From an uncultured Actinomycetes bacterium (lineage in GTDB: Bacteria > Actinomycetota > Acidimicrobiia > Acidimicrobiales > Microtrichaceae), in contig CAIYGQ010000218.1 of assembly GCA_903925745.1 (NCBI GenBank), positions 12,274 through 76,273 on the forward strand: 64,000 nucleotides of DNA. Reading direction: 5' to 3'. Position 1 is the stretch's first letter. Every line of letters starts with the position of its first letter. A model generated the notes under the pieces. That model did not search any database. It was not told the DNA's origin and worked only from the letters and a program-made list of their open reading frames with translations. The position numbers and the translations under genes are program-made. Positions 17,339 through 26,633 of this stretch are shown here, in pieces.

Positions 17339-19354
17339 ATGGTGGTCGCAGGTCGTCTCGTCGTGTACGCGGTCGGTGAGCGCGACGTCAGCGTCGACGT
17401 GTTGAAGGCGCTAGATCTGCTGGAGAAGGATGCCAAGCCGACCAGCAGCGAACTCGCTGAACTCGTCCTCGAGCTCTCGGGAGCGTCAGCCCTGGACCTG
17501 GAGGTCGGCGCCCGTGGACGCGACGGCAACATGGAGCCACTCCCGATGCTGGCAGCGACCATCCAGCACCTGCGGATCCGCCACGGCTCCGAGGTGGAGC
17601 TCTCGGTGTTGTTCGTGCTCACCGACCAGAGTGACGACGACGAGGTGGACCAGTTCCACAAGGACCGCGACACGTTGCCGTTCCTCCCCGTGCTGCAGTC
17701 GTGGGGGGAGGCGAACGGGGTGGAGGTGCTGGATCCGGTCGTGAGTCGTCAACCAGCCAGTCGCACCTATGCCCTCGACACCCTGCTCAACGAGCTCTCG
17801 GAGCGCGTCCGGGATCTCAACCCGGAGGCGGTGACCGTGGTGGTCGGTCCGTCGACGCCGGCGCACCACCTGACCCTGACCCTGCTGCTCGCCGACGGCC
17901 TGGTCGGTGTCCGCGACGTGGAGTACGTGGAGCTCCTCGAGATACGGCCGAACCCGAAGGACCGAACGATCCCTCCGTTCACCGATGTCGTCCCGCTCGA
18001 CATGCCCCGTCTGGTCGACGGTCCGACCACCCGGCAGGCGGCCCTCCGTCGGCTCCGGGACTTCCAGCCGGCCCAGGCGCTCGACGTGGCCTCATCGTTT
18101 GAGAGCGCCTTCGACGACGAGTGGATGGAGCGCCTCCGGACACTCGTGACACGTATCGAGCGTCACGACCCCGTCGACCACCCGATCGCGCAGGTTGCGG
18201 ATCTGGTGGACCGACTCGAGCTGGGTGCGCTGTCTACGGCCCCACCTTGGCAGCAGTTGTTCGAACTGGCGGTCCTGATCGTCGAGATCCTCCCGAATGC
18301 CTGGTTGGAGCGGTACACCGAGTTGCACCCTTCCACCACAACGCTCGACATCCCCGAGAATGAGGCGACGATCATCCAAGGACGATCAGGTGTCAGTGTC
18401 GGGAGGGGATTCGAGGCTCGGCTGCTGCTCGCATCCGCCGCTCCGCTGATCCACCGCATGCACGACAAACCTGATGAGTTCGTCACTCCGCTCGAGCAAG
18501 ACCGATTCACGGGCGAGGAGGGCCGGTCGCTGCTCTGGCAGGCGTGGTGGAAGGAGCTGAAGCAGCTCAGGAACGACCTCGCACACACCTACATGGGTGT
18601 TGCGAGCATTGGCGCCGCCGCAATACTCCGCAGAGCCACGGTGGCGACAAATGAACGGATCAAGTCGTTGTGCGGCCCTGTGGTGACTCGGGAAGTCGAG
18701 GAGTTCGCGGCGCAGGCGTTGCTGCTGGACGAGGCCTCGATCTGGTTTGAGAAGGGCTTCACCGACACATCCGGGAACATCGATTGGACCCCTGTCGTGA
18801 AATCCGTCGCCACTCTCGACGCCGCGAAAGTCCGCAGGGCAGCGCTGCTCGAGGCTGCCGACCGGATCGAGCTGTTCGGTAAGTTGAAGCCCCGAACGCG
18901 CCAGAAGTGGTTCGGCAACCCGAGGTTGCCAGCAGTCGTCGATGCCGTGGTGTCAGGTCAGGTGTCGCCATCGATCCTCTACATCTTCGGACTGATGAAG
19001 CAAGGCACGGAGACTGAGAAGCTCAAGGAGTTCATCGCGGGATCAGAGGCTGCGCTGTGGTTCCGGGCGCTGACGGCGCCGGGAAATTCCCTCTGCCTCA
19101 CGAATCAGCGTGGTTCCGCTCGGAGCGTGGAGGACGAGGCGCTGTGGATCAACGAGCCCGGCCTGGACCCGGACCCGCGTGACTCCGCCGGACGAGTCGG
19201 TTCGTCGCCACTCCGCGAGACGATGCGCCGATTCCTCCGTGCAGAGGAGGACCCCGACTTCGTGTTGGCCGAGACCAACCCGCTCATCGACGAGTGCGAA
19301 GAGCTGGCCGATCAGCTCCAGAACGCAACTGGCCGGGCGGTCACGGCGCCGTAG
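17339..19354 (+). CDS. CARF-like sensor fused to HEPN RNase (Csx1/Csm6-class type III ancillary effector)
   Basis: Rossmann-like N-terminus (VLFVLTDQSDDDE; VVVGPSTPAH). C-terminal HEPN R-x4-H motif QLRNDLAHT. ATG 17339 is preceded by GGGAGAGGAGG. Confidence 0.6.
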   Translation: MVVAGRLVVYAVGERDVSVDVLKALDLLEKDAKPTSSELAELVLELSGASALDLEVGARGRDGNMEPLPMLAATIQHLRIRHGSEVELSVLFVLTDQSDDDEVDQFHKDRDTLPFLPVLQSWGEANGVEVLDPVVSRQPASRTYALDTLLNELSERVRDLNPEAVTVVVGPSTPAHHLTLTLLLADGLVGVRDVEYVELLEIRPNPKDRTIPPFTDVVPLDMPRLVDGPTTRQAALRRLRDFQPAQALDVASSFESAFDDEWMERLRTLVTRIERHDPVDHPIAQVADLVDRLELGALSTAPPWQQLFELAVLIVEILPNAWLERYTELHPSTTTLDIPENEATIIQGRSGVSVGRGFEARLLLASAAPLIHRMHDKPDEFVTPLEQDRFTGEEGRSLLWQAWWKELKQLRNDLAHTYMGVASIGAAAILRRATVATNERIKSLCGPVVTREVEEFAAQALLLDEASIWFEKGFTDTSGNIDWTPVVKSVATLDAAKVRRAALLEAADRIELFGKLKPRTRQKWFGNPRLPAVVDAVVSGQVSPSILYIFGLMKQGTETEKLKEFIAGSEAALWFRALTAPGNSLCLTNQRGSARSVEDEALWINEPGLDPDPRDSAGRVGSSPLRETMRRFLRAEEDPDFVLAETNPLIDECEELADQLQNATGRAVTAP

Positions 19355-20151
19355 CCGAGCGGCGTCCGGTCTCCCAGCCCGGTGAGCGCCGCGAGCGTCA
19401 CCCACGCCGCCAGTCGGTCGGCGTCGTCCGGCTCGACCCGGTAGCTCCAGGTGCCGGTTGCGGCCGGTTCGGGTGGTCCGTTCCGTCTGCGGTTGGGGAC
19501 CGTCCGTTCCCGGACGTCGTGCACGGCCCAGGCCACCTCGGTCGGGTCGAGTTGCAGCGCCTCGAACACCTCGACCGCGCAGAACTCCCTCGCCCGCCGC
19601 TGCAGGCGTCCCAGCAGGAGCTCGGGGTGCAGCAGTTCGGCCCCCATCGGGGCGCGGACGCCATCGGGCGGTCGCAGGGTCAGCGGGGCGGTCGTGGTCA
19701 GGCTCCACGTCGTCGACAGCTCCTCGGGCGACGGGCCGGGGACCGCCGGCTGCAGCGGGCTCGAGGGGATGCCCGCCAGTTCGTCGGACGCCTCGGGGCT
19801 GAACGCAGCGAGGCCCTCCCACGGGATGCCGACCACCTCGATCTCGTCGACCGTCAGGTCGGCCCCCCTCGGGCTGATGATCCGCGCCCGGTCGAGGCAG
19901 TCCGCGACGAGTTCGATGAGGTCGTCGACGAACATCCCGACGCCGAACTCGGATCGACCTGCCCGTGCCGGTCCGACCGCCCGCACCGGGGTGAGCGTGT
20001 AGGGCGTCCTGGGTCCGCGGGAGTTGTGGAGCGCCTCGGAGATCGCCGGCGACCGGGCCTCGATCACGGCGAGCAGCTCGGCCTGCAGCGCCGGGCCGTG
20101 GTCGCCACGCGGCGGTGCGCCGGAGGTGTGGACGGTGATGCGAGCCGGCAC
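19312..20151 (-). CDS. cas6: Cas6 CRISPR endoribonuclease
   Basis: Last gene of the effector operon. C-terminal glycine-rich loop LTGLGDRTPLGYG is typical of Cas6. Start lies 1 nt after the upstream stop. Confidence 0.65.
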   Translation of the reverse strand: MPARITVHTSGAPPRGDHGPALQAELLAVIEARSPAISEALHNSRGPRTPYTLTPVRAVGPARAGRSEFGVGMFVDDLIELVADCLDRARIISPRGADLTVDEIEVVGIPWEGLAAFSPEASDELAGIPSSPLQPAVPGPSPEELSTTWSLTTTAPLTLRPPDGVRAPMGAELLHPELLLGRLQRRAREFCAVEVFEALQLDPTEVAWAVHDVRERTVPNRRRNGPPEPAATGTWSYRVEPDDADRLAAWVTLAALTGLGDRTPLGYGAVTARPVAFWS

Positions 20152-20152
20152 G

Positions 20153-21388
20153 TCAGTTGACAGCGACGTCGTAGAGCGGGCCGTCCTCGACGGGTTGGGT
20201 GATCCGCACCCTCAGGTTCGGGCGGGAGGCGACCGCCGTCTCGAGTCCGGTGAACATCGCCGGGGTGCCGCCCGCCTGGACGATCACGACCTCGTCGCAC
20301 CCGTCGACCACGGTGTCGATCGACCGCCGGATGGTCGCCAGGACGGCGTGCGTGACGTTGGGCCGGCTGCTCAGCACGATCGGATCGCCCAGTTCGCGAA
20401 TCTGCCTGGTCCGCTGCTGCTGTGTCCCCTGCACCCACAGCTCCAGGAGCCGGCCGAAGTACAGGGAGTCGTCGACGTGGCCGTCGGGTCGCTCGACGGT
20501 CGCCTGGTCGGTCACGACCAGCGTGAGACGTCGGAGCTCGGCCGGGAGCACCGCCTCGGTCAGGACCCTGCGGAGCATCGGTGCGTCCAGGTGGCGGGCG
20601 ACCAGCCGTGCCTGTTCGGCCTCGGGTTGGTCGCTGATGGCCCGGAGACAGGCCTGGCCCCACGCCCGGGCGTCGACCTTGCGCTGCTGGCCGGCCCGAC
20701 CCGATGAGTGATCGGCGGGATCGGGGAACGGTCCCGGATCCCCGGGTCGCGCCTGGATGTCGCGGCCGCCGACGGGCACGATCAGCACCGTCGGCGTGTC
20801 CCCGGGGGCGATCACCTCGAGCCCGATCCGCTGGCCGGCACCCGGGTCCGGGTTGCACACCAGGTGGTCGACCTCGACCACTGCGGGCAGTTGTACGCCG
20901 TCGAGTCCGGCGGTGCTGATGGTGCCGTCGTCGCCGGATTCGTCCGGCGTCGGTGCGGTGTCGCCTGGTGCGTCCGCCTGCGCAGCCGGGCTCGGGCCGG
21001 GCAGGGGCGCGACGTCCGCAACGTCGGGTGGCGTGGCCCAGCGGTCGGACGAGGTCGGTGGTGTCGGGGGCCGGCCGGTTCCGGCCCCTTCCACCACCAG
21101 CGTCACCGAACGTTCGCCGGCCCACCCGTGGATGACGCCGCGCTCGTTGCGGTGTGGACCGTCGACCACCGTCACACTGGTGCCCGGGGTCAACACCGAC
21201 CCGTCGCGGTCCAGGAGCCCGGACGGGAACTCGTTCACGAGTCGGCCCGGTTGCTCCGTCCCGAAGATCTCGTCGAGCAGGTGCTCGATGGCACGCCGCG
21301 ACTGCTCGTCGCTCGACGCCGTCGACGAGGAGGCAGTGTCGCTCACGTCGTCGGGGCCGGGTGCCGGGGTGTCGTCGTGGTCGGTCAC
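20153..21388 (-). CDS. CARF-domain protein with acidic N-terminus (type III ancillary)
   Basis: C-terminal Rossmann unit LTLVVTDQ .. VVIVQAGGTPAMF (CARF GGT-type loop). Start taken as GTG 21388, 1 nt after the upstream stop; start uncertain. Confidence 0.5.
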   Translation of the reverse strand: MTDHDDTPAPGPDDVSDTASSSTASSDEQSRRAIEHLLDEIFGTEQPGRLVNEFPSGLLDRDGSVLTPGTSVTVVDGPHRNERGVIHGWAGERSVTLVVEGAGTGRPPTPPTSSDRWATPPDVADVAPLPGPSPAAQADAPGDTAPTPDESGDDGTISTAGLDGVQLPAVVEVDHLVCNPDPGAGQRIGLEVIAPGDTPTVLIVPVGGRDIQARPGDPGPFPDPADHSSGRAGQQRKVDARAWGQACLRAISDQPEAEQARLVARHLDAPMLRRVLTEAVLPAELRRLTLVVTDQATVERPDGHVDDSLYFGRLLELWVQGTQQQRTRQIRELGDPIVLSSRPNVTHAVLATIRRSIDTVVDGCDEVVIVQAGGTPAMFTGLETAVASRPNLRVRITQPVEDGPLYDVAVN

Positions 21389-21389
21389 G

Positions 21390-22829
21390 TCACTGGCCTC
21401 CGTCGCCGTCGTTGGGTGTCCGGCTCGCCAGTGTGACAGCTCGGTCGTGGACCTCCCGGAGCCAGCGGTCCCGGTTTTCGTCGGGACCGTCGTCCAGAAT
21501 CGACTGCAGTCGGTTGCCAACCATCTCGACGTCCACCTCGAGCCCGGCACGGATGATCTGGACGAACCCGTGCAGCAGGCCGGCGAGCATCTGGGTGTCG
21601 AGATCTGGTGCCCCGGGCAGTTCCAGGAGGGTCGCGGCGACATCGGCGACAGCCGGGTCGGACTCGTCTCCGATCCAGTCTTCCTCGATCCCGCCGGATC
21701 CCGACCCGATGCCGTCGGCAGGGTCCCCCTGAACACCGTGGCGGGGATCGTCGTCGGGCGTGCCCGGTCGCTCTGCGGTGTCACTCGGATCGCCGGTGCT
21801 CCAGTCGTCGGTGTCCAACTCGAACCACTGGGCGTCGTCGTCATCGTCCACGTCGGCGACGGCGAACTCGACAGCTCGTGTGGTCGCGGTCCGGTCCTGC
21901 TGGAGACGCTCCCACTTCTTCGGGAAGAGCTCCCGGAGCAGTTGCTCGCAACCTTCCACGACCGCGGTCCACTCGGTCTCGAACTGGTTCACGATCACCG
22001 GGAGCGGTTCGAGGTCGGTGCCGTAGCGTCGGCCGAGGTGTCGGGCGATCCGGTGGACGTCGGCGGCCATCGAGGGTCGCGTCTCGCCGGCGTCGTTGAA
22101 CAGCCCGCGGAACCATCCGCCCATCGCCCATTTGGTGGCCTCGGTGGGGTCGTCCCACACCTCGCGCCGGGGCCACCGGAACGTCGTCGCTGCCGCCGTC
22201 TCGAACTCCGCCACCGGACCGTTGGTTGCGGTGAAGTAGGCCGCAAGTCCGCTGGTCCACTGATCCTTGGCCCCCTTGGCGTCGAGTCTCACGACCTCAG
22301 GCAAACCAATGAACTTCCGGTACGCGCGTTGGCACTCGGCGCTGATGCCGTACATCTTGGCGAGCAGGATCGGCCGAAGCTCCCGAGTCGTGTCCTTGCC
22401 CCACTCGATGAACCCGCCGCTCAGGGTCGCTGTACCGGAGAGTCGGCTGACGATGACGTACCGCATCACCTCGACGACTCCGTCGTCGAGCCCGTCGAAG
22501 ACACCCCGGTTGGAGATCCGGGCTGCCTGACGACGCGCTGTCGCATCGAGCGGACGGCCCATGATCGAGTCGAACGCACCGGTGATGAGCCAGGTCTGCA
22601 CGGCCGCCGTGCCTCGTCGCAGGGCCGCCGTGGCCCGCTCGGCGTCCGGGCCGGTGTGCTTCGGCAGCTTCGGCCCTCGATGAATCCGGTGGAGGTGCGT
22701 GGCGAGTCCGGCGATCCTCTGACGCTGTGTCGCCGGAGGAGCGATCAGGAAGCGATCGTTGCGGACGTTCCGCTCGATCCACTCGGCGGACTGGACCCAG
22801 TCGGCGGGCGCGGAGTTGCTCTGTGACAT
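21390..22829 (-). CDS. Hypothetical protein inside the type III effector operon
   Basis: ATG 22829 is preceded by GGAGG. High GC3 coding frame. Acidic tail ADVDDDDDAQWFELDTDDW. No family motif recognised. Confidence 0.5.
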   Translation of the reverse strand: MSQSNSAPADWVQSAEWIERNVRNDRFLIAPPATQRQRIAGLATHLHRIHRGPKLPKHTGPDAERATAALRRGTAAVQTWLITGAFDSIMGRPLDATARRQAARISNRGVFDGLDDGVVEVMRYVIVSRLSGTATLSGGFIEWGKDTTRELRPILLAKMYGISAECQRAYRKFIGLPEVVRLDAKGAKDQWTSGLAAYFTATNGPVAEFETAAATTFRWPRREVWDDPTEATKWAMGGWFRGLFNDAGETRPSMAADVHRIARHLGRRYGTDLEPLPVIVNQFETEWTAVVEGCEQLLRELFPKKWERLQQDRTATTRAVEFAVADVDDDDDAQWFELDTDDWSTGDPSDTAERPGTPDDDPRHGVQGDPADGIGSGSGGIEEDWIGDESDPAVADVAATLLELPGAPDLDTQMLAGLLHGFVQIIRAGLEVDVEMVGNRLQSILDDGPDENRDRWLREVHDRAVTLASRTPNDGDGGQ

Positions 22830-23005
22830 CTCGACGCGACCTCCCCGGGGGCGATCGTGCCTCACTGGTCGAGCGTCCGTCAAGGGGTCACCGGAGGTCG
22901 CCGCAGTTCGGGAGGAACTGGGAAGACGGACGGGGACTCGGGTCGGCATCGACCCTCACTGACGGACGGCGCCAGTCTCAGTCCCGATTGCCGCGGCCTT
23001 GTTGG

Positions 23006-24403
23006 TCACTCCTCGAGTGACGGTTCCTTTGCGTCCGGGTGCGGCAGCGTCTGGAAGTCAGTCAAACCTTGAGCACCCCGGCCGTTGTTGGTGACGAACC
23101 ATCGATACCCACCGGGCGGGTACTTGATTTCCAAGTTCGGCCGACCCTTGGCGATGGCCGCGAACTGGGTGAAGTAGCTGGGTGGGTTGGTTTGGGGGAG
23201 CTGATCCCTGAGCGACTCGGGGAGGGCATCGCTCCACTCGGGTGCGCTGTCCAGTTCCTTGACCCGGCGTGCGACCTCCGAGTCGCTCTCGAGCCTGTTC
23301 CCGGTGACCTTCAGGTTCACGCTCCCGAAGCCGAGCGGCTTGCCGTGTCCGAGCTTCAGGAACGCCTCGGCCTCCAGCAGGTGGAGCAGGCGGAGCAGTT
23401 CGAGGAGGTCGCGTTCTTCCACCGAGTCGAGACGGATGACGACGGTGAACTTCGTCCCGACCGTGATGTAGTCGGCGACCGACCGATTCCGCTTCGTCCT
23501 CTGTGTGGTCGTGGCCGTGTCGACGGTGAAGTCCGGGTGGTGCCAGTAGAACTTGCGCCCCGAGAGGCGGAACTCGTCCAGATTGCCGTCGTAGAACTCG
23601 CGCTGCGCCATGGCGCCGATGTGAGAGCCGTCCTTCTTGCGGAGGTAAAACGGCGCGTACTTGCCCGCCGGTAGCCCCAGCTCCTTCAGGACGAGCTTCT
23701 CCTCCTTGATCGCCTCGTGCTTGCTCGCCTCGTGCTTGATCGCCTCGTGCTTGCTCGCCTCGTGCTTGATCGCCTCGTGCTTGATCGCCTCGTGACGGTC
23801 AGGGATGGAGTGGGACACCGAGACGATCCGCAGCCTCCCCCGGACCTGGAATCCCGGATTCTTCCCCTGGGGCTCCGAGACGACGCCGAACAACCGGTCG
23901 GCGGGGGAGAGATCCTCCAGGCTGGTCGCCGGCCGCAGCGATGTGTGCAGGTACTCGGTGGGCTTCTTCTTCCAGGTCCCGAAGTCCGTCCCACGAACGC
24001 CCTGGCCTTGGCGTCCCCACTGATTGTTGATGTCGGTGTCGAACACCCCGAACCGGGAATTGGTGACCGCCTCGTAGGCTGCGCGCAACGGCCCCTTCAC
24101 CGCCGTCGCCGGCAGGTCGGGCGTGTCGGGATCGCCGAGCACCCGCCGGGTCCGGTAGGTCCAGTGCCGGTGGGTCCTGCCGTTGATCCTCAGGTCCTCG
24201 TATTCCTTCGTGGTGTCGTCGAGGATGAGCAGAGGTGTGGCCACGGTCAACTGCAGCCTCAGCTCGCCGGACCAGGTTGGTTCGCTGACGTCGTCCACCG
24301 AGCTCGTCCCGTTCGACTCGGGCTGTTCGTCACCCGCGCCGGTGCGGGCACTGGTCCGGTCGGGAGTCCAGACGAAGGCGTAGGGGTTGACGAAGTTCGG
24401 CAT
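23006..24403 (-). CDS. cas7: Cas7-family RAMP with large insertion (Cas7-insertion position of III-Dv)
   Basis: N-terminus MPNFVNPYAFV is a common RAMP start. C-terminal G-rich loop KLGHGKPLGFGS. The insertion carries (HEA[I/S]K)6. ATGA overlap with the upstream gene at 24401-24405. Confidence 0.65.
   Translation of the reverse strand: MPNFVNPYAFVWTPDRTSARTGAGDEQPESNGTSSVDDVSEPTWSGELRLQLTVATPLLILDDTTKEYEDLRINGRTHRHWTYRTRRVLGDPDTPDLPATAVKGPLRAAYEAVTNSRFGVFDTDINNQWGRQGQGVRGTDFGTWKKKPTEYLHTSLRPATSLEDLSPADRLFGVVSEPQGKNPGFQVRGRLRIVSVSHSIPDRHEAIKHEAIKHEASKHEAIKHEASKHEAIKEEKLVLKELGLPAGKYAPFYLRKKDGSHIGAMAQREFYDGNLDEFRLSGRKFYWHHPDFTVDTATTTQRTKRNRSVADYITVGTKFTVVIRLDSVEERDLLELLRLLHLLEAEAFLKLGHGKPLGFGSVNLKVTGNRLESDSEVARRVKELDSAPEWSDALPESLRDQLPQTNPPSYFTQFAAIAKGRPNLEIKYPPGGYRWFVTNNGRGAQGLTDFQTLPHPDAKEPSLEE
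23705..23794 (-). repeat. 6 x 15-bp tandem repeat (cttgatcgcctcgtg / cttgctcgcctcgtg) inside the Cas7-insertion gene
   Basis: Counted directly: units at 23705, 23720, 23735, 23750, 23765 and 23780. Encodes HEAIK HEAIK HEASK HEAIK HEASK HEAIK. Confidence 0.9.
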
Positions 24404-25023
24404 CAGTCGTCCTGTCGTTCGGTTGGTCTCGGAACCGAGGTGAAGCCGAGGCACACCTCGTCGACGACCACTGCGTTGTGATCCACGAAGTCGATGCGCT
24501 CCACCGCCCGCAGCGAGATTCGGTGCATCTCGCCAGCGCCCGGCACCCACACCCAGTGCGTGCCCACCTGGGTGGACGTGATCTTGGCGAACTTGCCGTC
24601 ACGGGCCGTGTCGAACGTCTTCCACTCGAGGGGCCCCCAGCACTGGTACCAGCGTTCGAGGCGCTCGCCGTTGTCGGGGAGCGGCACGACAGCGGACGGC
24701 CCGGTGTGCTCATCCTGCCGGGACCATCGCACCTCGCCCTGAGGGCTGACCACCCGGAAACCCAGGACCTCGCCGAGATCGACCGACTCGAGGGACTGAC
24801 CGTCGGTCGACGGGCGTTGGACCACGGGCTCGCCTCCATTGAAGCTGAGCCGCCACGCGCCCCACTCGGTCGGCGTCGACACCAGCACCGTCCAACTCTC
24901 AGGGGTCTCGCGCTCAGGGGTCTCACCGACAAGTTCGCTGACTCGCTCGAGCGCGCTCGATGCCACGACGACCGCTGCGCTCGCCGGTCCGTCGGCCACC
25001 GGTGCCTGCTCGTTGATGGTCAT
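24403..25023 (-). CDS. Small type III subunit in the csx19 position
   Basis: 206-aa ORF bracketed by ATGA overlaps on both sides (24401-24405; 25020-25023). It sits where csx19 lies in III-Dv operons as I recall them. No motif recognised by eye. Confidence 0.45.
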   Translation of the reverse strand: MTINEQAPVADGPASAAVVVASSALERVSELVGETPERETPESWTVLVSTPTEWGAWRLSFNGGEPVVQRPSTDGQSLESVDLGEVLGFRVVSPQGEVRWSRQDEHTGPSAVVPLPDNGERLERWYQCWGPLEWKTFDTARDGKFAKITSTQVGTHWVWVPGAGEMHRISLRAVERIDFVDHNAVVVDEVCLGFTSVPRPTERQDD

Positions 25024-26630
25024 GGGTTCTGTCCGTTCGCTGTGTCGGCCCCCGAGCCCGTGCCGTTGAGCGACTTCAGTGACGTGCCCCAGGCAATCTT
25101 CACGGACCGCCAGAGGTCGTCGCCGAGCGCAGCCTCGAGCCAGCCGAGGGGCGACGCGCCGCTGGGTTCCGTCGGCCACGTCAACTCGGCCCCAGCGTCG
25201 GTCGACGAGTCCGGTGTGTTCCCCGACAGTCGGGCCGGGAGGTCGCCCGGGATGGTGATGCGGGTGGCTCGCATCGACCCCATGCCGCGGTTGACCTCGG
25301 CGCCGAGTGCGATCGCGCCATCGGCGAGCTCCTCGAACAGCAGGCCGATCGCTGCGACCGCTGCGGGTCGCTTCGACTCCTCGAGCCGGTCGATTCGGAA
25401 GTCGATCCGGATCGGTGACCACTCGAGCTGCTCGCACGGCACCGGCTCGATGCGGCTGAAGAGCTTGCTGTCCGCAGCGCCACTCCGCCACCTGTCGATC
25501 GCCACGTGCTGGCTCGGACGGAGGAACTGGAGCTTCGCCGCCGCCAGCGCCGCCGCCACCTCCTTCACCTTGGTGGTGTCGTCCGTGCCGGCGAGCGACC
25601 GAAGCTCCTCCCACTTCCCCGGGGCGATTCCGAGGTTCGCTGTGCAGTCGTGGAACACCAGCGTTCCACTCCGTCCAGCAGACCAGGTCGTGGACCCGTT
25701 GCATACCTTCCACCCCGGCGCCTCACCGAACAGATCCTGTACCGGTCCGGTGTTCCGGAGCTGGTCGAGGAAGTCCTCCGGGATCTCTTTTCCGGCGGCG
25801 ATTCGAATCAGGTGTTCGAGCCGGCTCCGCAGCGCCCCCTTGATCGAGCTGCCGGGGATCAGCAGATGGACTTTCTCGTTGATCACCGTCGTCAGGGGCC
25901 AGTGATCGACGGCGTTCCCCGGGAACCCGCTCATCACCGCCACCGGCAGCACCGGTTGCCACACGATCATCAGGCTGATCGGCTGGCGGACCGCTGCACC
26001 CGGTTGTTGCGCGGCCTCCACTTCCTCGCCCTTATTCCCAGTTGCCAGGGCCAGAACATCCTCTGGGCTGGTGAGGTCGTAGGACTGAACCTGAAGTTTG
26101 CTGAGCTCGAAGCCTCCCAAGCCCCGGGTGGTCGCCGCTCCGATCCGGAGACCCCCAGCGGCGAGGATCCGGTGCAACTCCTCGGCCAAGGTGTCGCTGG
26201 ACGACGCAGCTGGGGCGTCCGCGTCGGGCTGCTTCGGGAGGTCGATGTGCGCCCGAAAGCCCCCCGTGGCGCCGGGACGGACCACGACCCGGTCGAACTT
26301 GAACCCATCCGCTGCAGAACCCGTCCGACGATCGATACCGACGCCGTCGCGGATCTCCTCGCCCACCGTCTCGAGGTGTACGTCGTCGACGACGAAGCGG
26401 GAAGCTCCGACGCCGCTGGCGTCACCGAAGAGGTGCGAGAGGTCAGGATTCGAACCGAACTCGCTCCGCAGAACCCCGGCGATCGCCGTCCCCGGGATGG
26501 TGTGACGCCCACCGCCGTCCCGGAACGGGACGTGGTCGAGCCCGGCGGTCCCGCCCCCACCGATGTGGAGCGCTTCAGTCGTCGTGAGTTTCGCGGTGAT
26601 CACCCAGCGCGTGGACGTCTGCCGAGCCAC
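25020..26630 (-). CDS. cas7: Double-Cas7 RAMP fusion (Cas7-2x)
   Basis: Two RAMP cores: HIGGGG..TIPGTAIAGVLRSEF and LLIPGSSIKGALRSRLEH. G-rich loop NRGMGS near the C-terminus. Confidence 0.75.
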   Translation of the reverse strand: MARQTSTRWVITAKLTTTEALHIGGGGTAGLDHVPFRDGGGRHTIPGTAIAGVLRSEFGSNPDLSHLFGDASGVGASRFVVDDVHLETVGEEIRDGVGIDRRTGSAADGFKFDRVVVRPGATGGFRAHIDLPKQPDADAPAASSSDTLAEELHRILAAGGLRIGAATTRGLGGFELSKLQVQSYDLTSPEDVLALATGNKGEEVEAAQQPGAAVRQPISLMIVWQPVLPVAVMSGFPGNAVDHWPLTTVINEKVHLLIPGSSIKGALRSRLEHLIRIAAGKEIPEDFLDQLRNTGPVQDLFGEAPGWKVCNGSTTWSAGRSGTLVFHDCTANLGIAPGKWEELRSLAGTDDTTKVKEVAAALAAAKLQFLRPSQHVAIDRWRSGAADSKLFSRIEPVPCEQLEWSPIRIDFRIDRLEESKRPAAVAAIGLLFEELADGAIALGAEVNRGMGSMRATRITIPGDLPARLSGNTPDSSTDAGAELTWPTEPSGASPLGWLEAALGDDLWRSVKIAWGTSLKSLNGTGSGADTANGQNP

Positions 26631-26633
26631 TGT

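Noticed and set aside
20064-22826. 689-aa plus-strand ORF (20757-22826) and 353-aa minus ORF (20064-21125).
   Set aside because: They overlap the operon genes that show RBS-supported starts, 1-nt spacing and CARF motifs. Their translations are Arg/Pro/Gly-rich with no motif.
24403-25713. The 436-aa version of the small csx19-position ORF.
   Set aside because: Its first ~230 codons overlap the Cas7-2x gene in another frame. ATG 25023 forms an ATGA junction with the Cas7-2x stop, so the gene was trimmed to 24403-25023.
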